Shown here in pieces: positions 23,001-36,000 of a DNA stretch of 64,000 nucleotides. Made by a program: the position numbers and the translations under genes. Source of the stretch: Eledone cirrhosa (Eukaryota). Location of the stretch: the NCBI GenBank assembly GCA_964016885.1, contig OZ024743.1, positions 135,036,001 to 135,100,000 of the forward strand. Reading direction: 5' to 3'. How positions within the stretch are numbered: position 1 is the stretch's first letter; the number at the start of each line of letters is the position of its first letter. Under the pieces are notes generated by a model. The model saw nothing but the letters and a program-made list of their open reading frames with translations. It ran no database searches and was not told where the DNA came from.

Positions 23001-26000
23001 TTTGGTGTTTGCTGTTTTTGTGTTTGGTGTTTGCTGTTTGGTGTTTGCTGTTTGGTGTTTTGTATTTCATGTTTGGTGTTTGGTGTTTGCTGTTTGGTGT
23101 TTGCTGTTTGGTGTTTTGTATTTCATGTTTGGTGTTTGGTGTTTGCTGTTTGGTGTTTGGTGTTTGGTCTTTGGTGCTTGGTGCTTGGTGTTTGGTGTTT
23201 GGTGCTTGGTGCTTGGTGTTTGGTGATTCTTGCTTGGTGCTTGGTGTTTGGTGCTTGGTGCTTGGTGTTTGGTGTTTGGCGCTTGGTGCTTGGTGTTTGG
23301 TGCTTGGTGTTTGGTGCTTGGTGCTTGGTGTTTGGTGCTTGGTTTTTGGTGTTTGGCGCTTGGTGCTTGGTGTTTGGTGTTTGCTGTTTGCTGTTTGGTG
23401 TTTGGTGTTTGGTGTTTGCTGTTTGGTGATTGGTGTTTGGTGTTTGGTGTTTGGTGCTTGGTGCTTGGTGCTACGTGCTTGGTGTTTGGTGTTTGGCATT
23501 TGGTGTTTGGTACTTGGTGCTTGGTGCTTGGTTTCTGGTGTTTGGTGATTGGTGCTTGGTGCTTGGTGATTGGTGTTTGGTGCTTGGTGATTGGTGTTTG
23601 GTTGTTGGTGCTTGGTTCTTGTTGTTTGGTGCTTGGTGCTTGGGGCTTGATGTTTGGTGCTTCTTGCTTGGTGCTTGGTGTTTGGTGCTTGGTGCTTGGT
23701 GCTTGGTGCTTGGTGTTTGGTTCTTGGTGCTTGGCGTTTGGTGTTAGGTGCTTGGTGTCTGGTGTTTGGTGTTTGGTGCTTGGTGTTTGGTGTTTGGTGC
23801 TTGGTGCTTGGTTCTTGGTGCTTGGTGCTTGATGTTTTGTGCTTGGTGCTTGGTGCTTGGTGTTTGGTGTTTGGTGCTTGGTGCTTGGTGCTTGGTGCTT
23901 GGTGCTTGGTGCTTGCTGTTTGGTGTTTGGTGCTTGGTGCTAGGTGTTTGGTGTTTGGTGTTTGTTGTTTGCTGTTTGGTGTTTGGTGTTTGCTGTTTGG
24001 TGTTTGCTATTTGGTGTTTGCTGTTTGGTGTTTGGTGTGTGGTGTTTGGTGTTTGATGTGTGGTGCTTGGTGCTTGGTGTTTGGTATTTGGTGCTTGGTG
24101 CTTGGTGCTTGGTTCTTGGTGTTTGGTGCTTGGTGCTTGGTGCTTGGTGTTTGGTGCTTGGTGCTAGGTGTTTGGTGCTTGGTGCTTGGTGCTTTGTGTT
24201 TGGTGCTTGGTTCTTGATGCTTGATGTTTGGTGCTTGGTGCTTGGTACTTGGTGTTTGGTGCTTGGTGCTTGGTGTTTGGTGTTTTGTGTTTGGTGCTTG
24301 GTGCTTGGTGCTTGGTGTTTGGTGTTTGGTGTTTGGTGCTTGTTACTTGGTGTTTTGTGTTTGGTGTTTGGTGCTTGGTGCTTGGTGTTTGGTGCTTGGT
24401 GCTTGGTGCTTGATGCTTGGTGTTTGGTGTTTAGTGCTTGGTGCTTGGTGTTTGGTCTTTGGCGCTTGGTGCTTGGTGTTTGGTGCTTGGTGCTTGGTGT
24501 TTGGTGTTTGGCGTTTGGTGTTTGGTGCTTGGTGCTTTGTGCTTGGTGCTTGGTTTTTGGTGTTTGGTGCTTGGTGTTTGGTGTTTGGTGTTTGGTGTTT
24601 GGTGCTTGGTGATTGGTGTTTGGTGCTCGCTGTTTGGTGTTTGGTGTTTGGTGCTTGGTGCTTGGTGTTTGGTGTTTGGTGCTTGGTGCTTGGTGATTGG
24701 TGCTTGTTGCTTGGTGCTTGGTGTTTGGTGCTTGGTGTTTGGTGTTTGGTGTTTGGTGTTTGCTGTTTGCTGTTTGGTGTTTGCTGTTTGGTGTTTGCTG
24801 TTTGGTGTTTGGTGTTTGCTGTTTGGTGTTTGGTGTTTGCTGTTTGGTGTTTAGTGTTTGCTGTTTGGTGTTTGCTGTTTGTGTTTGCTGTTTGGTGCTT
24901 GTTGCTTGGTGCTTGGTGTTTGTTCCTTGGTGCTTGGTGCTTGGTGATTGGTGCTTGGTGCCTGGTCTTTGGTGTTTGGTGTTTGGCGCTTGGTGCTTGG
25001 TGTTTGATGTGTGGTGCTTGATGCTTGGTGTTAGGTATTTGGTGCTTGGTGCTTGGTGCTTGGTGCTTGGTGTTTGGTGCTTGGTGCTTGGTGTTTGGTT
25101 CTTGGTGCTAGGTATTTGGTGTTTGGTGCGTGGTGCTTGGTGTTTGGTGCTTGGTGCTTGGTGCTTGGCGTTTGGTGTTTGTCGTTTGATGTTTGGCATT
25201 TTCTGTTTGGTGTTTGGTGTTTGGTGTTTGCTATTTGGTGTTTGGTGTTTGCTGTTTGCTGTTTGGTGTTTGGTGTTTGGTGTTTGCTGTTTGGTGATTG
25301 GTGTTTGGTGTTTGGTGTTGGGTGCTTGGTGCTACGTGCTTGGTGTTTGGTGTTTGGCATTTGGTGTTTGGTACTTGGTGCTTGGTGCTTGGTTTTTGGT
25401 GTTTGGTGATTGGTGCTTGGTGCTTGGTGATTGGTGTTTGGTGCTTGGTGATTGGTGTTTGGTTGTTGGTGCTTGGTTCTTGTTGTTTGGTGCTTGGTGC
25501 TTGGGGCTTGATGTTTGGTGCTTCTTGCTTGGTGCTTGGTGTTTGGTGCTTGGTGCTTGGTGCTTGGTGCTTGGTGTTTGGTACTTGGTGCTTGGTGTTT
25601 GGTGTTTGGTGCTTGGTGTCTGGTGTTTGGTGTTTGGTGCTTGGTGTTTGGTGTTTGGTGCTTGGTGCTTGGTTCTTGGTGCTTGGTGCTTGATGCTTTG
25701 TGCTTGGTGCTTGGTGCTTGGTGTTTGGTGCTTGGTGCTTGGTGCTTGGTGCTTGGTGCTTGGTGCTTGCTGTTTGGTGTTTGGTGCTTGGTGCTAGGTG
25801 TGTGGTGTTTGGTGTTTGCTGTTTGCTGTTTGGTGTTTGGTGTTTGCTGTTTGGTGTTTGCTGTTTGGTGTTTGATGTGTGGTGCTTGGTGCTTGGTGTT
25901 TGGTATTTGGTGCTTGGTGCTTGGTGCTTGGTTCTTGGTGTTTGGTGCTTGGTGCTTGGTGCTTGGTGTTTGGTGCTTGGTGCTAGGTGTTTGGTGCTTG

Positions 26001-28660
26001 GTGCTTGGTGCTTTGTGTTTGGTGCTTGGTTCTTGATTCTTGATGTTTGGTGCTTGGTGCTTGGTACTTGGTGTTTGGTGCTTGGTGCTTGGTGTTTGGT
26101 GTTTGGTGTTTGGTGCTTGGTGCTTGGTGCTTGGTGTTTGGTGTTTGGTGTTTGGTGCTTGTTACTTGGTGTTTGGTGCTTGGTGTTTGGTGCTTGGTGC
26201 TTGGTGTTTGGTGCTTGGTGCTTGGTGCTTGGTTCTTGGTGTTTGGTGCTTGGTGCTTGGTGCTTGGTGTTTGGTGCTTGGTGCTAGGTGTTTGGTGCTT
26301 GGTGCTTGGTGCTTTGTGCTTGGTGCTTGGTTCTTGATGCTTGATGTTTGGTGCTTGGTGCTTGGTACTTGGTGTTTGGTGCTTGGTGCTTGGTGTTTGG
26401 TGTTTGGTGTTTGGTGCTTGGTGCTTGGTGCTTGGTGTTTGGTGTTTGGTGTTTGGTGCTTGTTACTTGGTGTTTTGTGTTTGGTGTTTGGTGCTTGGTG
26501 CTTGGTGTTTGGTGCTTGGTGCTTGGTGCTTGGTGCTTGGTGTTTGGTGTTTAGTGCTTGGTGCTTGGTGTTTGGTCTTTGGCGCTTGGTGCTTGGTGTT
26601 TGGTGCTTGGTGCTTGGTGTTTGGTGTTTGGCGTTTGGTGTTTGGTGCTTGGTGCTTGGTGCTTGGTGTTTGGTGTTTGGTTTTTGGTGTTTGGTGCTTG
26701 GTGTTTGGTGTTTGGTGTTTGGTGTTTGGTGCATGGTGATTGGTGTTTGGTGCTCGCTGTTTGGTGTTTGGTGTTTAGTGCTTGGTGCTTGGTGTTTGGT
26801 GTTTGGTGCTTGGTGCTGGTGATTGGTGCTTGTTGCTTGGTGCTTGGTGTTTGGTGCTTGGTGTTTGGTGTTTCCTCTTTGCTGTTTGGTGTTTGCTGTT
26901 TGGTGTTTGCTGTTTGGTGTTTGGTGTTTGCTGTTTGGTGTTTGGTGTCTGCTGTTTGGTGTTTGGTGTTTGCTGTTTGGTGTTTGCTGTTTGTGTTTGC
27001 TGTTTGGTGCTTGGTGCTTGGTGCTTGGTGTTTGTTCCTTGGTGCTTGGTGCTTGGTGATTGGTGCTTGGTGCCTGGTCTTTGGTGTTTGGTGTTTGGTG
27101 CTTGGTGCTTGGTGTTTGATGTGTGGTGCTTGATGCTTGGTGTTTGGTATTTGGTGCTTGGTGCTTGGTGCTTGGTGCTTGGTGTTTGGTGCTTGGTGCT
27201 TGGTGTTTGGTGCTTGGTGCTTGGTGCTTGGCGTTTGGTGTTTGTCGTTTGATGTTTGGCATTTTCTGTTTGGTGTTTGGTGTTTGGTGTTTGCTGTTTG
27301 GTGTTTGCTGTTTTTGTGTTTGGTGTTTGCTGTTTGGTGTTTGCTGTTTGGTGTTTTGTATTTCATGTTTGGTGTTTGGTGTTTGCTGTTTGGTGTTTGG
27401 TGTTTGGTCTTTGGTGCTTGGTGCTTGGTGTTTGGTGTTTGGTGCTTGGTGCTTGGTGTTTGGTGATTCTTGCTTGGTGCTTGGTGTTTGGTGCTTGGTG
27501 CTTGGTGTTTGGTGTTTGGCGCTTGGTGCTTGGTGTTTGGTGCTTGGTGTTTGGTGCTTGGTGCTTGGTGTTTGGTGCTTGGTTTTTGGTGTTTGGTGCT
27601 TGGGGCTTGGTGCTTGGTGTTTGGTGCTTGGTGCTTGGTGTTTGCTGTTTGGTGCTTGATGCTTGGTGGTTGGTGTTTGGTGCTTGGTGTTTGGTGCTTG
27701 GTGCTTGGTGTTTGGTGTTTGCTGTTTGCTGTTTGGTGTTTGCTATTTGGTGTTTGGTGTTTGCTGTTTGCTGTTTGGTGTTTGGTGTTTGGTGTTTGCT
27801 GTTTGGTGATTGGTGTTTGGTGTTTGTTTTTTGGTGCTTGGTGCTTGGTGCTACGTGCTTGGTGTTTGGTGTTTGGCATTTGGTGTTTGGTACTTGGTGC
27901 TTGGTGCTTGGTTTTTGGTGTTTGGTGATTGGTGCTTGGTGCTTGGTGATTGGTGTTTGGTGCTTGGTGATTGGTGTTTGGTTGTTGGTGCTTGGTTCTT
28001 GTTGTTTGGTGCTTGGTGCTTGGGGCTTGATGTTTGGTGCTTCTTGCTTGGTGCTTGGTGTTTGATGCTTGGTGCTTGGTGCTTGGTGCTTGGTGTTTGG
28101 TTCTTGGTGCTTGGCGTTAGGTGTTTGGTGCTTGGTGTCTGGTGTTTGGTGTTTGGTGCTTGGTGTTTGGTGTTTGGTGCTTGGTGCTTGGTTCTTGGTG
28201 CTTGGTGCTTGATGTTTTGTGCTTGGTGCTTGGTGCTTGGTGTTTGGTGTTTGGTGCTTGGTGCTTGGTGCTTGGTGCTTGGTGCTTGGTGCTTGCTGTT
28301 TGGTGTTTGGTGCTTGGTGCTAGGTGTTTGGTGTTTGGTGTTTGCTGTTTGCTGTTTGGTGTTTGGTGTTTGCTGTTTGGTGTTTGCTATTTGGTGTTTG
28401 CTGTTTGGTGTTTGGTGTGTGGTGTTTGGTGTTTGATGTGTGGTGCTTGGTGCTTGGTGTTTGGTATTTGGTGCTTGGTGCTTGGTGCTTGGTTCTTGGT
28501 GTTTGGTGCTTGGTGCTTGGTGCTTGGTGTTTGGTGCTTGGTGCTAGGTGTTTGGTGCTTGGTGCTTGGTGCTTTGTGTTTGGTGCTTGGTTCTTGATGC
28601 TTGATGTTTGGTGCTTGGTGCTTGGTACTTGGTGTTTGGTGCTTGGTGCTTGGTGTTTGG
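20050..28660 (+). repeat. Four mosaic copies of a 1.9-3.0 kb block family
   Basis: The landmark GGTGCTACGT occurs at about 20495, 23468, 25329 and 27848. Each is followed by GGTTGTTGG...TTCTTGTTG...GGGGCTTGATG and later TTCTTGAT(G/T)CTTGATG. Internal repeats have offsets of 909 bp (21240/22149) and 301 bp (26040/26341). Confidence 0.85.
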
Positions 28661-28679
28661 TGTTTGGTGCTTGGTGCTT

Positions 28680-31550
28680 GGTGCTTGGCTTTTGGTGCTT
28701 TGTGCTTGGTGCTTGGTGTTTGGTGCTTGGTGCTAGGCGTTTGGTGTTTGGTACTTGGTGCTTGGTGTTAGCTACTTGGTGCTTGGTGCTTGTTGTTTGG
28801 TGCTTGGTGCTTGGTGCTTGGTGTTTGGTGCTTGGTGCTTGGTGTTTGGTGTTTGATGTTTGGTGCTTGGTACTTGGTGTTTTGTGTTTGGTGTTTGGTG
28901 CTTGGTGCTTGGTGTTTGGTGCTTGGTGCTTGGTGCTTGGTGCTTGGTGCTTGGTGTTTGGTGTTTAGTGCTTGGTGCTTGGTATTTGGTGTTTGGTGCT
29001 TGGTGCTTGGTGTTTGGTGTTTGGTGCTTGGTGCTTGGTGTTTGGTGTTTGGTGCTAGGTGCTTGGTATTTGGTGATTGGTGCTTGGTGCTTGGTGTTTG
29101 GTGCTCGGGGCTTGGTGTTTGGTGTTTGGTGCTTGGTGCTTGGTGTTTGGTTTTTGGCGCTTGGTGCTTGGTGTTTGGTGCTTGGTGCTTGGTGTTTGGT
29201 GTTTGGCATTTGGTGTTTGGTGCTTGGTGCTTTGTGCTTGGTGCTTGGTTTTTGGTGTTTGGTGCTTGGTTCCTGGTATTTGGTGTTTGTTGATTGGTGC
29301 TTGGTGTCTGGTGCTTGGGGTTTGGTGCTTGGTGCTTGGTGTTTGGTGTCTTGTGGTGTGTGCGTGGTGCTTGGTGTTTGGTGATTGGTGCTTGGTGCTT
29401 GGTGTTTGGTGCTTGGTGCTTTGTGCTTGGTGCTTGGTGCTTGGTGCTTGGCGTTTGGTGTTTGTCGCTTGATGTTTGGCATTTTCTGTTTGGTGTTTGG
29501 TGTTTGGTGTTTGCTGTTTGGTGTTTGCTGGTTGGTGTCTGGTGTTTGCTGTTTGGTGTTTGCTGTTTGCTGTTTGGTGTTTTGTATTTGGTGTTTGGTG
29601 TTTGGTGTTTGCTGTTTGGTGTTTAGTGTTTGGTGTTTGGTGTTTGGTGCTTGGTGCTTGGTGCTTGGTGTTTGGTGCTTTGTGCTTGGTACTTGGTGTT
29701 TCGTGTTTCGTGCTTGGTGCTTGGTGTTTGGCGTTTGGTGCTCGCTGCTTGGTGCTTGGTGTTTGGTGCTTTGTGCTTGGTACTTGGTGTTTGGTGCTTG
29801 GTGCTTGCTGTTTGGTGTTTGGTGCTTGGTGCTTGGTGTTTGGTGATTGGTGCTTGGTGCTTGGTGTTTGGTGTTTGGTGCTTGGTGTTTGGTGCTTGGT
29901 GCTTGGTGCTTGGTGCTCGGTGCTTGGTGATTGGTGCTTTGTGTTTGTTGCTTGGTGCTTGGTGCTTGGTGATTGGTGCTTGGTGTTTGGGCCTGGTGTT
30001 TGGTGTTTGGTGCTCGGTGTTTTATGTGTGGTACTTGGTGCTTGCTGTTTGGTGTTTGGTGCTTGGTGCTTGGTGCTTGGCTTTTGGTGCTTTATGCTTG
30101 GTGCTTGGTGTTTGGTGCTTGGTGCTAGACGTTTGGTGTTTGGTGCTTGGTGCTTGGTGTTAGGTACTTGGTACTTGGTGCTTGTTGTTTGGTGCTTGGT
30201 GCTTGGGGCTTGGTGTTTGGTGCTTGGTGCTTGGTGTTTGGTGTTTGGTGTTTGGTGTTTGGTGCTTGGTACTTGGTGTTTTGTGTTTGGTGTTTGGTGC
30301 TTGGTGCTTGGTGTTTGGTGCTTGGTGCTTGGTGCTTGGTGCTTGGTGTTTGGTGCTAGGTGCTTGGTATTTGGTGATTGGTGCTTGGTGCTTGGTGTTT
30401 GGTGCTCGGAGCTTGGTGCTTGGTGTTTGGTGCTTGGTGCTTGGTGTTTGGTCTTTGGCGCTTGGTGCTTGGCGTTTGGTGCTTGGTGCTTGGTGTTTGG
30501 TGTTTGGCATTTGGTGTTTGGTGCTTGGTGCTTTGTGCTTGGTGCTTGGTTTTTGGTGTTTGGTGCTTGGTGCTTGGTATTTGGTGTTTGTTGATTGGTG
30601 CTTGGTGTCTGGTGCTTGGGGTTTGGTGCTTGGTGCTTGGTGTGTGGTGTTTGGTGTTTGGTGCTTGGTGCTTGGTCTTTGGTGTTTAGTGCTTGGTGCT
30701 TGGTTCTTGGTGTTTGGTGCTTGGTGCTTGGTGTTTGGTGTTTGGTGCTTGGTGCTTGGTGTTTGGTGTTTGGTGCTTGGTGCTTGGTGTTTGGTGTTTG
30801 GTGCTAGGTGCTTGGTATTTGGTGCTTGGTGCTTGGTGCTTGGTGTTTGGTGCTCGGAGCTTGGTGCTTGGTGTTTGGTGCTTGGTGCTTGGTGCTTGGT
30901 CTTTGGCGCTTGGTGCTTGGTGATTGGTGCTTGGTGCTTGGTGTTTGGTGTTTGGCATTTGGTGTTTGGTGCTTGGTGCTTTGTGCTTGGTGCTTGGTTT
31001 TTGGTGCTTGGTGCTTGGTATTTGGTGTTTGTTGATTGGTGCTTGGTGTCTGGTGCTTGGGGTTTGGTGCTTGGAGCTTGGTGTTTGGTGTTTGGTGTTT
31101 GGTGCGTGGTGCTTGGTGTTTGGTGCTTGGTGCTTGGTGCTTGGTGTTTGGTGCTTGGTGCTTTGTGCTTGGTGCTTGGTGCTTGGTGCTTGGCGTTTGG
31201 TGTTTGTCGTTTGATGTTTGGCATTTTCTGTTTGGTATTTGGTGTTTGGTGTTTGCTGTTTGGTGTTTGCTGTTTGGTGTTTGGTGTTTGCTGTTTGGTG
31301 TTTGCTGTTTGGTGTTTTGTATTTGATGTTTGGTGTTTGGTGTTTGCTGTTTGGTGTTTGGTGTTTGGTGTTTGGTGCTTGGTGCTTGGTGCTTGGTGTT
31401 TGGTGCTTGTGCTTCGTACTTGTTGTTTGGTGTTTGGTGCTTGGTGCTTGGTGTTTGGTGTTTGGTGCTTGGTGCTTGGTGTTTGGTGATTGGTGCTTTG
31501 TTCTTGGTGTTTGGTGCTTGGTGCTTGGTGTTTGGTGTTTGGCGCTTGGT
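28680..31550 (+). repeat. Block of about 2.9 kb duplicated at about 45600-48550, with a third, split copy at about 35950-37300 and 38850-40780
   Basis: Offsets are 28790/45732 and 29077/46019 (16942), 31224/48221 (16997) and 30808/40020 (9212). Shared landmarks are TTAGCTAC, CTAGACG and TTGTGCTTCGTACTTGTTG. Confidence 0.85.
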
Positions 31551-34500
31551 GCTTGGTGTTTGGTGCTTGGTTTTTGGTGTTTGGTGCTTGGTGTTTGATG
31601 TTTGGTGTTTGGTGTTTGGTGCTTGGTGCTTGGTGTTTGGTGTTTGGTGCTTGGTGCTTGGTGATTGGTGCTTGTTGCTTGGTGCTTGGTGTTTGGTGCT
31701 TGGTGTTTGGTGTTTGGTGTTTGGTGTTTGGTGTTTGCTGTTTGGTGTTTGCTGTTTGGTGTTTGCTGTTTGGTGTTTGGTGTTTGCTGTTTGGTGTTTG
31801 GTGTTTGCTGTTTGGTGTTTGGTGTTTGCTGTTTGGTGTTTGCTGTTTGTGTTTGCTGTTTGGTGCTTGGTGATTGGTGCTTGGTGTTTGTTCCTTGGTG
31901 CTTGGTGCTTGGTGATTGGTGCTTGGTGCCTGGTCTTTGGTGTTTGGTGTTTGGTGCTTGGTGCTTGGTGTTTGATGTGTGGTGCTTGATGCTTGGTGTT
32001 AGGTATTTGGTGCTTGGTGCTTGGTGCTTGGTGCTTGGTGTTTGGTGCTTGGTGCTTGGTGTTTGGTTCTTGGTGCTAGGTATTTGGTGTTTGGTGCGTG
32101 GTGCTTGGTGTTTGGTGCTTGGTGCTTGGTGCTTGGCGTTTGGTGTTTGTCGTTTGATGTTTGGCATTTTCTGTTTGGTGTCTGGTGTTTGGTGTTTGCT
32201 GTTTGGTGTTTGCTGTTTTTGTGTTTGGTGTTTGCTGTTTGGTGTTTGCTGTTTGGTGTTTGCTGTTTGGTGTTTTGTATTTCATGTTTGGTGTTTGGTG
32301 TTTGCTGTTTGGTGTTTGGTGTTTGGTGTTTGGTGTTTGGTGTTTGGTGTTTGGTGTTTGGTGCTTGGTGCTTGGTGCTTGGTGCTTGGTGTTTGGTGCT
32401 TGGTGCTTGGTACTTGGTGTTTGGTGTCTGGTGCTTGGTGCTTGGTGTTTGGTGTTTGGTGCTTGGTGCCTGGTGTTTGGTGATTGGTGCTTGGTGCTTG
32501 GTGTTTGGTGCTTGGTGCTTGGTGTTTGGTGTTTGGCGCTTGGTGCTTGGTGTTTGGTGCTTGGTGTTTGGTGCTTGGTGCTTGGAGTTTGGTGTTTGGT
32601 GCTTGGTGTTTGGTGTTTGGTGCTTGGGGCTTGGTGCTTGGTGTTTGGTGCTTGGTGCTTGGTGTTTGCTGTTTGGTGCTTGATGCTTGGTGTTTGGTGT
32701 TTGGTGCTTGGTGTTTGGTGCTTGGTGCTTGGTGTTTGGTGTTTGCTGTTTGCTGTTTGCTATTTGTTGTTTGGTGTTTGCTGTTTGGTGTTTGGTGTTT
32801 GGTGTTTGCTGTTTGGTGATTGGTGTTTGCTATTTGGTGTTTTGTGTTTGCTGTTTGGTGTTTGGTGTTTGGTGTTTGGTACTTGGTGCTTGGTGCTTGG
32901 TGCTTGGTGTTTGGTGTTTGGTGCTTGGTGCTTGGTGTTTGGTGATTGGTGCTTTGTTCTTGGTGTTTGGTGCTTGGTGCTTGGTGTTTGGTGTTTGGCG
33001 CTTGGTGCTTGGTGTTTGGTGCTTGGTTTTTGGTGTTTGGTGCTTGGTGTTTGGTGTTTGGTGTTTGGTGTTTGGTGCTTGGTGCTTGGTGTTTGGTGTT
33101 TGGTGCTTGGTGCTTGGTGATTGGTGCTTGTTGCTTGGTGCTTGGTGTTTGGTGCTTGGTGTTTGGTGTTTGGTGTTTGGTGTTTGGTGTTTGCTGTTTG
33201 CTGTTTGGTGTTTGCTGTTTGGTGTTTGCTGTTTGGTGTTTGGTGTTTGCTGTTTGGTGTTTGGTGTTTGCTGTTTGGTGTTTGGTGTTTGCTGTTTGGT
33301 GTTTGCTGTTTGTGTTTGCTGTTTGGTGCTTGGTGCTTGGTGCTTGGTGTTTGTTCCTTGGTGCTTGGTGCTTGGTGATTGGTGCTTGGTGCCTGGTCTT
33401 TGGTGTTTGGTGTTTGGTGCTTGGTGCTTGGTGTTTGATGTGTGGTGCTTGATGCTTGGTGTTAGGTAGTTGGTGCTTGGTGCTTCGTGCTTGGTGCTTG
33501 GTGTTTGGTGCTTGGTGCTTGGTGTTTGGTTCTTGGTGCTAGGTATTTGGTGTTTGGTGCGTGGTGCTTGGTGTTTGGTGCTTGGTGCTTGGTGCTTGGC
33601 GTTTGGTGTTTGTCGTTTGATGTTTGGCATTTTCTGTTTGGTGTTTGGTGTTTGGTGTTTGCTGTTTGGTGTTTGCTGTTTTTGTGTTTGGTGTTTGCTG
33701 TTTGGTGTTTGCTGTTTGGTGTTTGCTGTTTGGTGTTTTGTATTTCATGTTTGGTGTTTGGTGTTTGCTGTTTGGTGTTTGGTGTTTGGTGTTTGGTGTT
33801 TGGTGTTTGGTGTTTGGTGTTTGGTGCTTGGTGCTTGGTGCTTGGTGCTTGGTGTTTGGTGCTTGGTGCTTGGTACTTGGTGTTTGGTGTCTGGTGCTTG
33901 GTGCTTGGTGTTTGGTGTTTGGTGCTTGGTGCCTGGTGTTTGGTGATTGGTGCTTGGTGCTTGGTGTTTGGTGCTTGGTGCTTGGTGTTTGGTGTTTGGC
34001 GCTTGGTGCTCGGTGTTTGGTGCTTGGTGTTTGGTGCTTGGTGCTTGGTGTTTGGTGTTTGGTGCTTGGTGTTTGGTGTTTGGTGCTTGGGGCTTGGTGC
34101 TTGGTGTTTGGTGCTTGGTGCTTGGTGTTTGCTGTTTGGTGCTTGATGCTTGGTGTTTGGTGTTTGGTGCTTGGTGTTTGGTGCTTGGTGCTTGGTGTTT
34201 GGTGTTTGCTGTTTGCTGTTTGCTATTTGTTGTTTGGTGTTTGCTGTTTGGTGTTTGGTGTTTGGTGTTTGCTGTTTGGTGATTGGTGTTTGCTATTTGG
34301 TGTTTTGTGTTTGCTGTTTGGTGTTTGGTGTTTGGTGTTTGGTACTTGGTGCTTGGTGCTTGGTGCTTGGTGTTTGGTGTTTGGTGCTTGGTGCTTGGTG
34401 CTTGGTGCTTGGTGCTTGGCTTTTGGTGCTTTGTGCTTGGTGCTTGGTGTTTGGTGTTTGGCGCTTGGTGCTTGGTGTTTGGTGCTTGGTTTTTGGTGTT

Positions 34501-36000
34501 TGGTGCTTGGTGTTTGGTGTTTGGTGTTTGGTGTTTGGTGCTTGGTGCTTGGTGTTTGGTGTTTGGTGCTTGGTGCTTGGTGTTTGGTGCTTGGTTTTTG
34601 TTGTTTGGTGCTTGGTGTTTGGTGTTTGGTGTTTGGTGTTTGGTGCTAGGTGCTTGGTGTTTGGTGTTTGGTGCTTGGTGCTTGGTGATTGGTGCTTGTT
34701 GCTTGGTGCTTGGTGTTTGGTGCTTGGTGTTTGGTGTTTGGTGTTTGGTGTTTGCTGTTTGCTGTTTGGTGTTTGCTGTTTGGTGTTTGCTGTTTGGTGT
34801 TTGGTGTTTGCTGTTTGGTGTTTGGTGTTTGCTGTTTGGTGTTTGGTGTTTGCTGTTTGGTGTTTGCTGTTTGTGTTTGCTGTTTGGTGCTTGGTGCTTG
34901 GTGCTTGGTGTTTGTTCCTTGGTGCTTGGTGATTGGTGCTTGGTGCCTGGTCTTTGGTGTTTGGTGTTTGGTGCTTGGTGCTTGGTGTTTGATGTGTGGT
35001 GCTTGATGCTTGGTGTTAGGTATTTGGTGCTTGGTGCTTGGTGCTTGGTGCTTGGTGTTTGGTGCTTGGTGCTTGGTGTTTGGTTCTTGGTGCTAGGTAT
35101 TTGGTGTTTGGTGCGTGGTGCTTGGTGTTTGGTGCTTGGTGCTTGGTGCTTGGCGTTTGGTGTTTGTCGTTTGATGTTTGGCATTTTCTGTTTGGTGTTT
35201 GGTGTTTGGTGTTTGCTGTTTGGTGTTTGCTGTTTTTGTGTTTGGTGTTTGCTGTTTGGTGTTTGCTGTTTGGTGTTTGCTGTTTGGTGTTTTGTATTTC
35301 ATGTTTGGTGTTTGGTGTTTGCTGTTTGGTGTTTGGTGTTTGGTGTTTGGTGTTTGGTGTTTGGTGTTTGGTGTTTGGTGTTTGGTGCTTGGTGCTTGGT
35401 GCTTGGTGCTTGGTGTTTGGTGCTTGGTGCTTGGTACTTGGTGTTTGGTGTCTGGTGCTTGGTGCTTGGTGTTTGGTGTTTGGTGCTTGGTGCCTGGTGT
35501 TTGGTGATTGGTGCTTGGTGCTTGGTGTTTGGTGCTTGGTGCTTGGTGTTTGGTGTTTGGCGCTTGGTGCTTGGTGTTTGGTGCTTGGTGTTTGGTGCTT
35601 GGTGCTTGGTGTTTGGTGTTTGGTGCTTGGTGTTTGGTGTTTGGTGCTTGGGGCTTGGTGCTTGGTGTTTGGTGCTTGGTGCTTGGTGTTTGCTGTTTGG
35701 TGCTTGATGCTTGGTGTTTGGTGTTTGGTGCTTGGTGTTTGGTGCTTGGTGCTTGGTGTTTGGTGTTTGCTGTTTGCTGTTTGCTATTTGTTGTTTGGTG
35801 TTTGCTGTTTGGTGTTTGGTGTTTGGTGTTTGCTGTTTGGTGATTGGTGTTTGCTATTTGGTGTTTTGTGTTTACTGTTTGGTGTTTGGTGTTTGGTGTT
35901 TGGTACTTGGTGCTTGGTGCTTGGTGCTTGGTGTTTGGTGTTTGGTGCTTGGTGCTTGGTGCTTGGTGCTTGGTGCTTGGCTTTTGGTGCTTTGTGCTTG
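31470..36000 (+). repeat. Three tandem copies of a unit of about 1.5 kb
   Basis: A landmark falls at 32167, 33630 and 35184, giving offsets of 1463 (209x7) and 1554 (222x7). Near-identical pseudo-ORFs start at 32076, 33539 and 35093. Confidence 0.9.
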
